DNA from: Octopus vulgaris
Lineage: Eukaryota
Length of the DNA stretch: 64,000 bases
Assembly (NCBI GenBank): GCA_951406725.2
Contig: OX597819.1
Span: 40,858,001 to 40,922,000, forward strand
Direction: 5' to 3'
Shown here: one piece after another, positions 28,311-42,560 of the stretch
How the letters are laid out: every line of letters begins with the position of its first letter
Position numbering within the stretch: position 1 is the stretch's first letter
Program-made: the position numbers and the translations under genes
The notes under the pieces: generated by a model
The model's input: the letters and a program-made list of their open reading frames with translations, nothing else
Databases searched by the model: none
Told to the model about the DNA's origin: nothing

Positions 28311-29316
28311 CAGCCTTGGCCAAAAGTATTAGGCCACCCCAATGTTTTGGGGTTCTCTTATCTCAATGTTAATGAAACTCATGCACATGGTAGATTATGG
28401 TATATTTCACAATATACATTAGTTTTAATATCTGGTTGACCCTTCTTTAGCACCAATTACCGCTTTTATACGGTTAGGCATTGAATTAGCTAGTTTCTTG
28501 CAGGTGCTGGGCGCAATTTTCCTCCATTCTCCTCTCAACATTTGGTACAAATGCTCTTTATTTTTAATTGTTGTGTTCCTGATAGCTTCACCAAGAGTTC
28601 CCCATAGGTGTTCGATTGGATTTAGATCGGGACTTTGAGCTGGCCAGTCCATGGGAACAATACCCTGTGTCTCAAACCATTGACAAGTATTCTTTTCTGT
28701 ATGACGTGAAGCGTTGTTCTTTTGAAAGATAACACTGTTTTTCGACACTCCTGGATGCCATTTAGCACTTGATGACTCTAAAACACCCGATAACATAGAA
28801 ACATAGGTAGCTGAATTCATCCTTCCCTGACATAAAAACATTTCTCCGGGTCCTGTGGCAGACATGCAGGCCGACACCATTATAGATCCACCCCCATGTT
28901 TTACGGTTGGTACCAGACATTCAACCTTAAATGCTTCCCCAACCCTGCGACCCACGAAAGTTGCACCAGATGTACTGAAAACCTGTGAAAAGTAATATTA
29001 GCTTTATGTTGGATACTTTTTTTAAAATATATTTTGGGCCACAAACCAGTTACATTAAGTTTATATGTTGATTGAATACATGTACTATCTTATCTCATAG
29101 TTACTTTCATCAGACCATATGACTTTCGACCATTGCTCACTGGTCCAATTTGAGTGATTTTTGGCCCATTGAAGACGTTTTTCCATATTCGCTTTAGAAA
29201 CCCATAGTTCTTCCAGACTTTACAGCCTTTCAGATCGTACTCTACAAACCTTCTTCTTACAGTTCTGGTTGATATTTGTGAAGTACTTGCCTCGTTGAAA
29301 TCCGCACAGAGCTCCG
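28311..29316 (-). mobile_element. 5'-truncated Tc1-like transposon with an intron-interrupted transposase
   Basis: TA followed by TIR cagccttggccaaaagtatt. Motifs STRTVRRR, WSDES, TVKHGGGS and WPAQSPDLNPIEHLW. Confidence 0.9.
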
Positions 29317-30240
29317 ACGATGAAGAAGAGAAAGTGAAAGAGTATATAGCCATCGATGTGAGGAGTAAGTTCAAAGACACAAGAATGTCAATTGTACACG
29401 ATAGTCGAAATACTGTATCAAGAAGTTGCGGCGATGATGCAAAGCCGGTTGCGGTACATGTCGTACGTGAAGTTGTGGCTGTGGTGCTGCTGCCTGAGTC
29501 ACTTGGTACAGGAGTTCTCGCAGATTGTCTATTCGCTGTTGATCCATTGTGAAATAGTTCACGAACAGTGCAGTGTTGTAACCTGAGTAAGTTGCTTGTT
29601 GAGTTGTTGACGTTAGGACGAATGGTGGCGGCGGAGATGGAGGTCGCTGAATGCTGTTGGACGAAGTTGATGAGTTTCCACGTGGCTGCTGTTGTGCTAT
29701 CGCTGGAACTGGCGGTGCCATGTGTGGTCAGTGACCAGACCTTAAAAGGTCTGAAACCAAAGATATCGAGCCGAGGAAAAGTTAGGTTTTTTTATAAGGA
29801 GTTATAGGTTCAGCTGAGGTAGAAAAACAGGCTGTCACACGTGACCTTATTTGAAGGCTGCGATTGGTTGGGTTGCATATTGGCGTGCGATAGAGACAAA
29901 TTGCGCCAATGCCAACCAATCAGAGTAGTGTACACAACAGGGTCCAAACTGCAGCCAAAGGCTAGCTGCTATCTACTACGTTCGTATGTATGTATATATA
30001 ATAGAGAAATGAGGAATTTCACTCAAGTGTACGCTACACCCCCATCCCCGCCATTGCTTGACAATCGATGCTGGTGTTTTTAAGTCCCTATAACTTAACT
30101 GTTCGGTACAAGAGACCGATAGAATAAGTACTAGGCTTACAAAGAATAAGTCCTGGGGTCGATTTCTTCGACTAACACCCTTTAAGGCAGTGCTCCAGCA
30201 TGGCCGCAGTCAAATGACTGAAACAAGTAAAAGAACAAAA

Positions 30241-30351
<111 letters not shown>

Positions 30352-30979
30352 GGCCCAATGGCCCAGTGGTAGGGCAGCGGACTCGCGGTCGGAGGATCGC
30401 GGTTTCGTTTCCCAGACAGGGCGTTGTGTGTGTTTATTGAGCGAAAATACCTAAAGCTCCACGAGGCTCCGGCAGAGGGTGGTGGCGACCCCTGTTGTAC
30501 TCTTTTGCCCCAACTTTCTCTCGCTCTTTCTTCCTGTTTCTTGAGTAACGCTGCGATGGACTGGCGTCCCGTCCAGCTGGGGGGAACACATATGCCACAG
30601 AAACCGGGAAACCGGGCCCATGAGCCTGGCTAGGCTTGAAAAGGGCGCATAAATAATAATAAATAATATATATATATATATATTTCGAAATCAGTGACAA
30701 TAGTTACTGGGAAAAACATTAAATAGATATTTGCAAACAGGTCTCTCTTCATCGAAAACCGGTGATTACCGTACGTTGACAAGAGGCAAATACCTCGAAA
30801 CTGCAGTCCGTGCGTATCACATAGGTTTACGAGAGAGGGATGACCTCCCTTTGCAAATACCATAAGGGTACAGAAAGTGTGCCTAAAGTCAGCTGGAGAC
30901 GATGATCTCCTGGGGCTAAAAGCTACAGTAACACCCACCCTTAGTGGTTAGCCATATTGAGATGGCTAGTATACTTTAC

Positions 30980-31035
<56 letters not shown>

Positions 31036-31468
31036 ATGTGTGTGTCTTTGTGTTTGTCTCCCACTACCATTTGACAACTGGTATTGGTGTGTTTACTTCC
31101 TCGTAACTTAGCAGTTCGACAAAAGAGTTGATAGATTAAGTACTAGAACTAGGCTTTAAAAAAGTCCTAGGGTCGATTTACTCAACTAAAACCCTTCGAG
31201 GCAGCGCCCCAACAAGGCTGTAGTCAAATGACTGTCATTGTTTCTGTTGCTGCCGCCACTGCCGTTGCTGTTGTTACTGCCGCTGGTACTGCCAACGCCA
31301 CTGCTGCCGCCTCTGCCCCTGTCACTGTCTTCTCTGCCTCCGCCGCTCCTCCTGTCGCTGACAATGATAATAACGACAAATGTTTTCAAGGACAGCAGAA
31401 ATAAACTTTAGTCCTTACATAAACAATATTACATAACATATTACATTACAAACACACATGCACGCACG

Positions 31469-31531
<63 letters not shown>

Positions 31532-32169
31532 GCTTATAAATTCGTTGATAATTCTCGATAGTCAAATGAAATTTAAATACGCTCTTAATGTAATCTTATC
31601 TTTCAAGTATTGTTGACTTCTAAACAAAATAACGAAAACTACTCTGATCTGAATTAAAAAGGTTGTATCACACTCTCAACTTTCTTCTACTTTATCTATT
31701 AAACTACTGGTATCAGTAATATTTATTCTTTGACCTTTCATAGGTTTATCTAGGTGTCTTATTTAGAGACTCTTCCACAGACTTGTTCTCTAGAAGCTGG
31801 TTTCATGGCCACTCGGTTGTGGTTGTGATCTCAGCACAGTGTCTAGAATCAGTGTGTTTAACATCTACTGTTAGCCTAGGGTTTACCAAAATGTGTGTGT
31901 GCGTGCATTGTGCGTGTGTGTGTGCATGTGTGTGTATGTATGTGTGTGTGAGTGTGTGTGTGCATAGATGCAGGCATTGCTGTGTGCATAGGCAAAAGCG
32001 TGGCAATGTAATATGAAGTTTGCTTCTCAACCACACGGTTCTGAGTTCAGTCCTACTGCATGGCACCTTGGGCAAGTGTCTTCTGCTGTAGCCTTGGGCC
32101 AACCAAAGCTTTGTGAATGGATTTGGTAGATGGAAACTGAAAGAATCCCGTCATATGTATATATGATGT

Positions 32170-32645
32170 GTTGGATGGCAAACAAAAGTGTGGAGTGGAG
32201 TGAAAGTGTTTGAAGAGGCCAGGGTAACACATGTAAGACTCAAAAGAGATCTAAGGAAGAATGCTACGATCGAAAGGGTGAATGACAATGACCTTTTTGT
32301 GTGCACAGTTTGTGACAGACCATGCCTTTCTTTTGCTGGGCTCAAATCTCATTTGCAAACACATGGGAAAAGGAACCTCCACCAACTATTCTGCCTATAT
32401 GTCTGTGCACACCTTTGAATGCAGTGTATGCCAGAAGGTTTGAAAATCGAACAGAGGCCTCAAGACATTTTAAGATCCACAAAGAACTTATCTGCAGCTC
32501 TTGGTGGTCCAAATCAGATGTGCAATCTGTGTGGGTATCTTTTTAGAACATTGTCTGGTTTAAAAAGCCACATCAGATGCCATGATGGAGCTCAGGTGTA
32601 GGTACGGGAGATGGTCAAACTCTGCATAAGGAGTAGACAACCACC
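32170..32645 (+). mobile_element. 3' end of an RTE-like LINE with tandem C2H2 zinc fingers
   Basis: GVKVFEEAR...KRDLRK followed by CTVCDRPCLSFAGLKSHLQTH and CNLCGYLFRTLSGLKSHIRCH, frameshifted, ending at (TA)n. Confidence 0.6.
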
Positions 32646-32730
32646 ATATATATATATATATATCTACGGAGATGTACTTGCATAGCAAGTGATTTGATCT
32701 GAGATCGTGTGCTGGAACGAAAACAATTGC

Positions 32731-33022
32731 AGCGTGGAAGGTGTTTGTAAGCCATTTAAGAAACACACAAAAGCCGTTCGATTTACTTCAACATTTAAGT
32801 TTAATTTGTCAAAATATTTTCGTCGCTTTAAGACCGCGACCTGTTCACTGACAAAAATCCGTGCTGCATCAAAAATCCGTGATGCATCTCGGATATTTTT
32901 GTCAGTGAACAGGTCGCGGTCTTATAGCGACGAAAATATTTTGACAAATTAAACTTAAATGTTGAAGTGAATCGAACGGCTTTTGTGTGTTTCTTAAATG
33001 GCTTACAAACACCTTCCACGCT
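32731..33022. repeat. Near-perfect fold-back inverted repeat, arms about 127 bp
   Basis: The same peptide (SVEGVCKPFKKHTKAVRFTSTF...) appears on both strands in the ORF track. Confidence 0.95.
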
Positions 33023-33375
33023 ATATATATGTATATATATATGTATATATCTATGCGTGTATGTGTGTCTGTATTTGTCTCCCCTACCATCACCACTTGA
33101 CAACTGGTGTTAGCGTGTTTACACCCCCCATAACCTAGTGATTCGGCAAAAAAGACCAACAGAATAAGTACTAGACTTAAAAAAATAGGTTTTGGGGTCG
33201 TTTTGTTTGACTAAAATCCTTCAATGAGGTGGTGCAAACATGGCTGTGTGGTTACGAGGCTTGCTTTGCAACCATGTAGTTTGTGGTTCAGTCCTACTAC
33301 GCGGTACCTGGGCCAACCAATGCATTGTGAGGGAATTTGGTAAATGGAAACCGTATGGTAACTTGTTGTGTTGTG

Positions 33376-33451
<76 letters not shown>

Positions 33452-33639
33452 TTTTTTAATAATATATCTGTGAAACGATCGTAAGATGCGTAAATGATTA
33501 TTTCAAAATTTTTAAATTATCAAATTTATTTTATACATTATATTTATATTTTTATATTTATTTATTCATATATATTTTTAATACAATATAGTCTTTCACA
33601 CGGGTATATCGTTATGATGAGTTTGGATATTGATTTTCT

Positions 33640-33675
<36 letters not shown>

Positions 33676-34230
33676 TATTATTAAAAAATATATGTATATA
33701 TCGCTCATATTAAATATATAAATACTTTAATAGTATTAATATTTTTATACAATGGAGCACTCAATATAAATTCAGTATATAATATTCTTATTGAATATAT
33801 TTACCTAAAGATTTATATATATGTGGATTTGGTAGACGGAAACTGAAAGAAGCCCGTCGTATATATGTATATATATATGTGTGTGTGTATGTTTGTGTGT
33901 CTGTGTTTGTCCCCCTAGCATTGCTTGACAACCGATGATGGTGTGTTTACGTCCCCGTCACTTAGCGGTTCGGCAAAAGAGACCGATAGAATAAGTACTT
34001 GGCTTACAAAGAATAAGTCCCGGGGTCGATTTGCTCGACTAAAGGCGGTGCTCCAGCATGGCCGCAGTCAAATGACTGAAGCAAGGAAAAGAGGAAAAGA
34101 TATATATATATATACATTTATATATCCATATATATATTTATGTATATGATATTCTCCCTTTATCTTCCTATTAATTGATAATTTTAATTACTTTAATCAG
34201 TTTAGTAAATTAATCATGCTTAGCCTTGTA

Positions 34231-34277
<47 letters not shown>

Positions 34278-34340
34278 GTGTGTGTGTGTGTGTATGTATG
34301 TATATATGTATGTGTATGTATGCATATATATGTATATATG

Positions 34341-34377
<37 letters not shown>

Positions 34378-34789
34378 GCATATACGGATGTGTATATATA
34401 TATATATATACGTGTGTGTGTTGTTTTGCTTTAATGGTTGCTTTCACATTTAAAAATGTGTGAAGCAGTTTGCCCTAATGATTCATTTCAAGTTTCTTTT
34501 TCTAAACCATGTAGTTTATTCATCAACAAATGTTTGTATTTTATAAAAAATACAATATTAATTTGCAGTGTCCCCTAGCTAACAGTTTGTATAAGGGAGA
34601 TAATCATTCCTTCATAATATTTGGTGAGATTTGAAGTTTGAGGTTGAAATTAAGGAATAAGGAAGAAGATGCATAGAATACACAAATTTATTTCTTTATT
34701 TGTTTGTCACTTACAATGAAACACTCAAAATTTCTCATCGGTGGTAATCATTTATAGCACTATATGCATATATATTATTTATACCATTA

Positions 34790-37601
34790 TTTGATATATT
34801 CTAGAAAAGAATATATTTTGAAACATTAATAATGTAAAAAAAATTTATTAATAGGATTAAATGGAAAGCCTACTATAATAATTGTAACATATTTAATATT
34901 AACGATGTAGAGAATACTAATTATATCAATACAAAGTTTAAATTTTAGAAAGGAACCTCCGTATAATAGGGAAATACAGGTTTTCATAGATACCCAAATA
35001 GGCACAATGAATATTTAAAAAATCTAGCTATTAGAATAAAAGAAATGCGAAATATGGACGGAATTATAGTGCAATCAGATAAAATTAGGAACCTGTATAA
35101 ATTAGATGTTAAATTATATGATATTCTATTAGAGAAATAAATAAATAAAAAATATAAAATTGTTCCTGAAAATACTCTTTATAATATAAATAAGGTCTCT
35201 AAATTAATCATGATGAAATATGAGTTGGACAATAAAACTGAACCTTATGTACCTATGCACCCTAGAATTACTCTAAAAGACCATAAGGATAATTTTCATT
35301 GTGACCTAAAAGTTAGACTTACTTGTCCATGTAAATCAGATCTAGGTAAATTAAGTAAGATCATTTTAGATAAATATATTAATAGATTAAATGAACTTAA
35401 TTATCTAAAACTTTGGAGTAGTACTAATGATACTTTAAAATGGTTTAATAATACTAAAGATAAAAATAGATACAAATTCATTCAAATATATATAGATAAT
35501 TATTATTCTTCTATAAATGAGATTGTACTCAATAAAGCCCTAATTTATGCAATGAATAAGGTTGGAATGACTTCATAATTTCATAAGTTAATGTAGTTAA
35601 CGCGGCTAGGAAATCGTTGATTAGATATAATAATAAATTGTGGGCTAGGAAGGATACCAGAGACTATTTTGATATACCTATAGGGGGCACCCGATTCTGC
35701 CCAGTTGTCTGATTTAGTAGGTATTTATTATCGGAACTTCAATTAGAAAAATTAAAGTTGGAGGGTGGATTATATAGGGATGACCTTTTATTACTAACTA
35801 AGAATTGCACCAATAGAACACTAGAATTATATAAGAAACAATATAGTTTTTTTTAAAGATATGGATTAGGTATTACTATAATTGTAAATATAATTATAAT
35901 ATAAAAGATTATAATATAAATGATTCCTATGATATTTATAATGATAAACTTAATATTAAGAATTTGATAAGTTTTATTTAGTTAATCATGGTTATGATAG
36001 TACAAAAAATAAATATAATAATAGACTAAAAGATAAGAATAAATTTAATTCATTTAATGGTAATAATAAATATAATAATATAATAAATAAAAAATGTTAA
36101 TAAGAACAACATTTGGTTAATTATTCCTTAATGGGCTCAAGTTAAAACAAATATTATTAAAGAGATATTAAAATTAATTGAAGTATTCATTATAGATGAT
36201 AAAAATATAATAACATTTTTTCTAGTAATAATTTTGGAGTTGGTTATTCTACTAATAATAATGTTGGTAACATTATTTCTTCTTTTAATAGATTTAAGCT
36301 TAATAAGTTTTACATTAACAAATTAAATAATTATTCCAATAATAATAATAATAATAAAGACCAGAATATAATTAATTGTACATGTAGAGATAAGACAAAA
36401 TGTAAATTGGATGATGTAGTATATAAATGTGTAGTGACTTTCATTGATGATAATTGTAATGCAAATAGTTATAATTTAAATGCGATTTACGTGGGGTCGA
36501 CTTCTGATAAAATTAAATTAAGGGTGGATCAACGCATGCATTCATTTAAGAATAAAACATCGATAAAATTCTACTGGCCTTAGCAAATATATATGGAAAC
36601 TGAAATCTAAAGGAATTTAGTATAATTTAAATTGGGAGATAGTTTGTAAAGCTATATCTCATCGAATAGGTAATCATTTTTGTTTACTATGTACAAATGA
36701 ATTTATGGAGATATTATTATCTAATAATAAAAAATTGATTAATTCCCAAGATGGGCGAAAAATTAAATGTAGACATAAGTTAAATTACTTATATAATAAG
36801 TTTAGTTAAATTGTGTATATATTTAAACCCTAATTTATGCTACTAATTTTTGTAGTTATAATTTGTAGTAGTATAATGAGTATAAATTAACAGTAGATTA
36901 TGTAGTGTATATTACATAATTAAAATAAGATTAAACCAAGGTGTTTATAAAATAAATAAATAAATTGATAAATATAGATTAAGTTATCAAAATTTAGTTT
37001 ATTTTATGTATTTTCACAGCTAAAATACATATTGTCATGTTCACAGCTAAAATACAAATTTCTATCTATTTATTCTATAGTTATTATTTACATCATGTTT
37101 TCACCTTGTAAAATTCTTAGTTTAAATTTCAGTTAACTGTAATTCTTCAAAAAGATAAGTTATGATTATATTTTTCATTAATATTATTATATTTTATTCG
37201 ATTATTTATTGTTAAGATACGTATGTTCCTATATTTATTTGTTAATTATTATATTTTAAGATACATACATTAATTATATTATTATTTTAACCTGAAGAGC
37301 GGCTATATTTTTAAATCGAATTAATTTTAATAGTATCGATTTTATTATTATCGTTTTAAAGATATAGTCACGAAACGCGCATAGTCAATTTAATGCTTAT
37401 TTAATTTAGTGATTTCTTTAATAATATTTATTATAGTATATTTAAATTTTTTAATATATAATATAGATAATGCCTTTCACTATTGAATTACCTAATAGAG
37501 GTTATTTTTCTTAATTATATACATATATCATATATTGTGAAATTTGATTTAGAATTGCTAAATTGAATTTTTCCCTGTAAGTTTCGAATTATATTCCCTA
37601 C

Positions 37602-37605
<4 letters not shown>
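34790..37605 (+). mobile_element. Degenerate Penelope-like element (Naiad-type RT plus GIY-YIG endonuclease)
   Basis: ITLKDHKDNF...RLTCPCKSDLGKLSK, remnants of FDIP.G..DSAQ.SDLVGIY and GLYRDD, then NCTC...VVYKC...YVGST...YIWKLK...CLLC. An AT-rich 3' region carries a hammerhead motif. Confidence 0.8.
37287..37390 (+). ncRNA. Type I hammerhead-ribozyme-like motif at the PLE 3' end
   Basis: CTGAAGA, stem II (gcggctatat/atatagtcac), GAAAC, gcgcata, GTC. Stem I is weak. Confidence 0.6.
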
Positions 37606-37642
<37 letters not shown>

Positions 37643-37667
37643 CATACTTACATACATACATACATAC

Positions 37668-37745
<78 letters not shown>

Positions 37746-38249
37746 ATGACGTCACGCTACGCTGAATTGACCACCTAACAGGCATTATAAAACCGAGCAC
37801 TTCACAAAAACTCATTAGAACCACCCAGCGAACATCCACCATGGGTCATCACATTTGCTTAAGGTAAAAATGAATTCCTCGCTCTTTCGGAAACATCAAT
37901 CTTCTGTATTGACCGCTTTCCACCACTTTGATCTGTTTTTTGTATTGAATACGTATCGCCACCGTGGGCCACTGCATCGAACACTTTGAACATATACTTC
38001 AAACTATATATCAACTATACATGAACTCTAAGATGTCTGACTCCGTTGTGTATTATAAATGAATTTCTTGTGTTTGACGGCATGAGCTGTCTTTTTTTAT
38101 ATATAACTTTTTTTGATAAAGTTCATTTCAGGAACTGAAACATGTTATAATGTATATATATAAAAATTAAAAATTGTATAATACAGCAGCATTTTCGAAC
38201 TTCATTTTTTACAAATATATACCTACTCGTATACGAGCTAATCCTATTA

Positions 38250-41200
38250 TAAATATCATATCACGTACGAGCTCCCGAAAATGCCTGCTAAAAAAGACAC
38301 CAACGACATCTCCTCAATAAATGAAGAGATACTGAAAGAATTGAAAAGCATAAATTCAAACCTAACAGCAGTGTTAAACAAACTCAACTTAACACCTCGA
38401 CCTTCTACACAAACTAACGAGGAAATCCGAATCGAATAAAACACCCTCCGAAATATTCGAGAAAGTTGAAAATCTATGCGATACAATGACGACATTCTTC
38501 ACAAACTTCAACATTACAAATAAAGAACCAAGTCCTCCCCCAATGGAGAACACTACAGCGAAACAGAAAATTCGCTTTTTGGAAAATGATACAAAATCAG
38601 AATAAAGCAGAGATTTACCAAAAATGGCTAGACTCAACACCCCTAGTCATACCCCGTAAATTACAAATCAAACCCATCTCGGAAGAACCAGAAGAACAAA
38701 GAAAACTTAGAGAAAAAAATGTCATTAGAAAAAATGAAGATGGAAATAGAACTACTTAAGCTGAGAGCTAAAACGAATGAAGAAAAAGTAAAAACCATAG
38801 ACGAGGAAATCAACGAAGAAGTCATCAAACTAATAGACGACAACAATACTGAAACATTACCAGCACTATGGAATGAAGAATGTGAAAAAGAGGAACTTAA
38901 GTCCCTCCAACGATGGGAAAAGAGCGCCATCTGGTTTCTAGATTATGAAACCAACTTCAAAAATGAACACATATCCAACAACCCCTTCATAAAATTAAGC
39001 AAATCTGTAACGAACTTAGTGTGAAGGTGTGATTATCTTGTCTTGTACTTTCGGGGTACAAGAAAGCAATCACTCACTAGCCGTTGCTTTAATAATCCAG
39101 AATTCTACTAGTCAGAAACAACAAGACGCAGACGTGAAATATATATAACTACTTTATTCTCTTTCTTGGTAACAATAACAATAAGTGTGTTATCTGATGT
39201 CCTTGATTCTGGGCGCGCAAGGCTGAAAGTTAATAGATTGTAATATTTACAATGTCCAGCCGCTAAACCAGAAAGGGGTCAAGATGGCATCGAACAGGGA
39301 AGTTGAATGTGGTCGGCAACAGTTTGGTTAAAGGCATTCGGCCGACTGCTGCTATCAACCGGAGAGAATATATGCGTGACCGCCGCCTTCAATCGCTGGG
39401 TCCCAAGTCACCGCTTGCTGCTGCTAGTGGTCAAACGTTCCACGATCCCCCTGCCCTGGCCAGGGTCGTGTTTCCGGTGGTTCGCGCATGCGCGAGAGGG
39501 CCCTTCCTTTCTGTGCCTTTGTGAAGGCACCAACACGCGCGAAATACAAATGGACGGTGCGCGAGCGCGCGCCGTTGTAGGATCACTACAGGCTCCTCTC
39601 CAGTGCGTACGCACGAAAGGAAACTTATTGTAGTGACTGCAAAACTCAAGGTGGACACCAGATAACCAAATAGCACACAATAATATAATGGCAAAATTTA
39701 TAACATACACAAGAAATTTACTAAAGGAAAAAGAGAAAAAATACTCAATGAGCTAAAATCAAGAGTGCATGCATGAAAGTGTATACGTCACAAAGTAGAG
39801 AGCCTTCCGCTGTAGGAAGCGGAAGAAAAGGCAGAACTCACAGTTATTGAACCTAGGCGAAATTAAAATCCAACTTCTCTAAAGGTGGTTGATCCTGCAA
39901 AATAGCAGTTAAATCAATTGCTGCAGGAGAGGAAATGGAATTGACAGAAGCTCGCTAGTAACACAAAAGGCAAAAGTGCAAACATGCTGGTGTGATGCGC
40001 GACACAGATAATTTTCTGTTAATTACGTGACCAAACAGTGGTCTAACAGGGAAAAATAATTACGCCTATAAATCGGCGCAGCGCATTTGAACATCCGACG
40101 TCTATGAGTCGGGAAAAGAATTAGGCTAACGCAAACGTGTTGCAAAAAACAAGGCAATACACGTGCGAAGCAAAAGGCGCATGAAATGCAATAGTGCTTG
40201 CCAGACCAAAAAACAGCAAGAATATGCCAGTGGTTAAGCGATTATATGCCTCGTTCGTATAGGAACAAAAGTATGACATGCTGGCGCGTCATAATGGACA
40301 AACAACCCTCTCTATGTATACGTGACCGACCTAGGGTCTATAGAAATGAGGGGTGTCCACAAAAGGCAAATTTAGCATGGAACAAAACAAGCGAGAAAAG
40401 CATGTGTGACGTATGTATGTGAGAGAGAGCATTTATGTGTGTGTACGTGTGTGCGACAGAAATACATACAAGGTGAATGCGAGCAAAAATATAAAAGAAT
40501 ATACAGCGCATAGAAAAAATGTCTCTCGGGGCTATTCCAGACAAGAGTTAATTTACCAGTCTGTAATAGCCTGAAGTACAATAGCAGTTCGTTCTGTAAC
40601 AGAAATGTTGAGATCACAAATGCAGATGCCGATTGAACACATATCGTGTCGCGGTTGTGGCTTCAATGCTGTGACAGGTTAACTGGAACAGAAGAAATCT
40701 CGTAGATAGTGCTGGGCTGTGAATTCTTGGTGTGCTAATGCACAAACGGCAAGTGGACCAAACTTCCGCGAGTTGCTATGTACATCTTGTGGAGGTCGAC
40801 GGTGTTGAAAGGCGACGGTGGTGTTGGAAGGCGACTGTAGTGGACTTGGGACAACATCGTTCTTAGTGATGATGGCGACGAAGATAGCGACGACGTGAAG
40901 TAGAAAGACGACGATGATGATGACGAAGGCAGAGAAATAGCATCGATGATGTGATGGCGTCCGTCATCATGTTGAAGAATAAAAGGGCTCCTTCTATAAC
41001 GGTCCGAGAGGACGGAAACAAATCGTCGAAAGATGATGCGTAGAGTTAAATCGTGTTCCGACTTCGCAGAAAAACTGGATTTTTTTGTTGATAAGTGATC
41101 TCTGGTTTTAGACCAGAATCACGTCGGGAGGTCACCACTTGTAACAAACTTCATGTGAAGGTGTGATTATCTTGTCTTGTACTTTCGGGGTACAAGAAAG

Positions 41201-42560
41201 CAATCACTCACTAGCCGTTGCTTTAATAATCCAGAATTCTACTAGTCAGAAACAACAAGACGCAGACGTGAAATATATATAACTACTTTATTCTCTTTCT
41301 TGGTAACAATAACAATAAGTGTGTTATCTGATGTCCTTGATTCTGGGCGCGCAAGGCTGAAAGTTAATAGATTGTAATATTTACAATGTCCAGCCGCTAA
41401 ACCAGAAAGGGGTCAAGATGGCGTCGAACAGGGAAGTTGAATGTGGTCGGCAACAGTTTGGTTAAAGGCATTCGGCCGACTGCTGCTATCAACCGGAGAG
41501 AATATATGCGTGACCGCCGCCTTCAATCGCTGGGTCCCAAGTCACCGCTTGCTGCTGCTAGTGGTCAAACGTTCCACGATCCCCCTGCCCTGGCCAGGGT
41601 CGTGCTTCCGGTGGTTCGCGCATGCGCGAGAGGGCCCTTCCTTTCTGTGCCTTTGTGAAGGCACCAACACGCGCGAAATACAAATGGACGGTGCGCGAGC
41701 GCGCGCCGTTGTAGGATCACTACAAATCAAAATCAAATACCAAGAAATCCTACCACACTCTACACCAGAAAAGTACACCTAAAACACACCCCACACTACC
41801 TACACCAACCCCAAAACATCTACAGAAGCCCACCACACCAGTTCGAAAATAGACATACCAACAGAGCAGAACAACCACCAAGAAATCCAAACACCCTCTA
41901 CACCAGAAAAATGCATTTAAAACGCACCCCACACTACCTACACCAACCCCAAAACACTTATAGGGTCCCACCACACCATTCCACGAACCTAAGAGCCACA
42001 ACATACAATACTATAAAATACAACCCACATAACCAAACCAAAACGCTACTACCAAACATCCACCCCAGGAACCAACCATACAACCATAACAAACAACAAA
42101 TGCACTACGGAGGAAACAACTACCAACACAATATACCTGAGGAACTAAGACGGAACACTAGGTTCAACAACAGACTCCAGAACAGAGCACCACAAACTCA
42201 CTCTGACAATTATAACAACATGAGACAGATAAATAATAGCTTTGAACATAACTACACCAACCATTTTTTAGACCCCACACACAGGAACAGGGACACACGA
42301 TGGCAAAGGACAAACAAAAGAAACCTCAGGTAATTAAGATAATCAATCTCTCAAACAAAGAACTTACACCTAACGAAATAAGCATACTCTCCAAAGGACT
42401 TAAATTTACACCCACCCCACAACGTTCTAATTACTATGAAATGAAAGATGATATTTCGGAATTTTGCAGAAAACTAAGACTCACCGAGGCATTTCAAGAC
42501 AAACAAATAGAGGAGGACTCAATAGCTAGAAACAAGAGCAATTACACCCCCTTCCCGCAA
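38250..42560 (+). mobile_element. 5' portion of a Penelope-like retroelement, interrupted by the LTR element
   Basis: IINLSNKELTPNEISILSKGLKFTPTP...FCRKLRLTEAF is the typical pre-RT motif of PLEs. The A/C-rich coding-like sequence resumes after the TSD. Confidence 0.7.
39006..41724 (-). mobile_element. Non-autonomous LTR retrotransposon (Gypsy-like)
   Basis: Two 585-bp TG...CA LTRs (39006-39590, 41140-41724) with only a handful of mismatches and a 4-bp TSD AATC. The PBS is complementary to the tRNA-Trp 3' end (41117-41137) and a polypurine tract lies at 39591-39601. No gag/pol ORF is present in the 1.55-kb interior. Confidence 0.92.

Noticed and set aside
32188-32601. Possible host C2H2 zinc-finger gene
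   Set aside because: Frameshifted, no TGEKP linkers, preceded by a LINE C-terminal motif and ending in an SSR tail; TE-derived.
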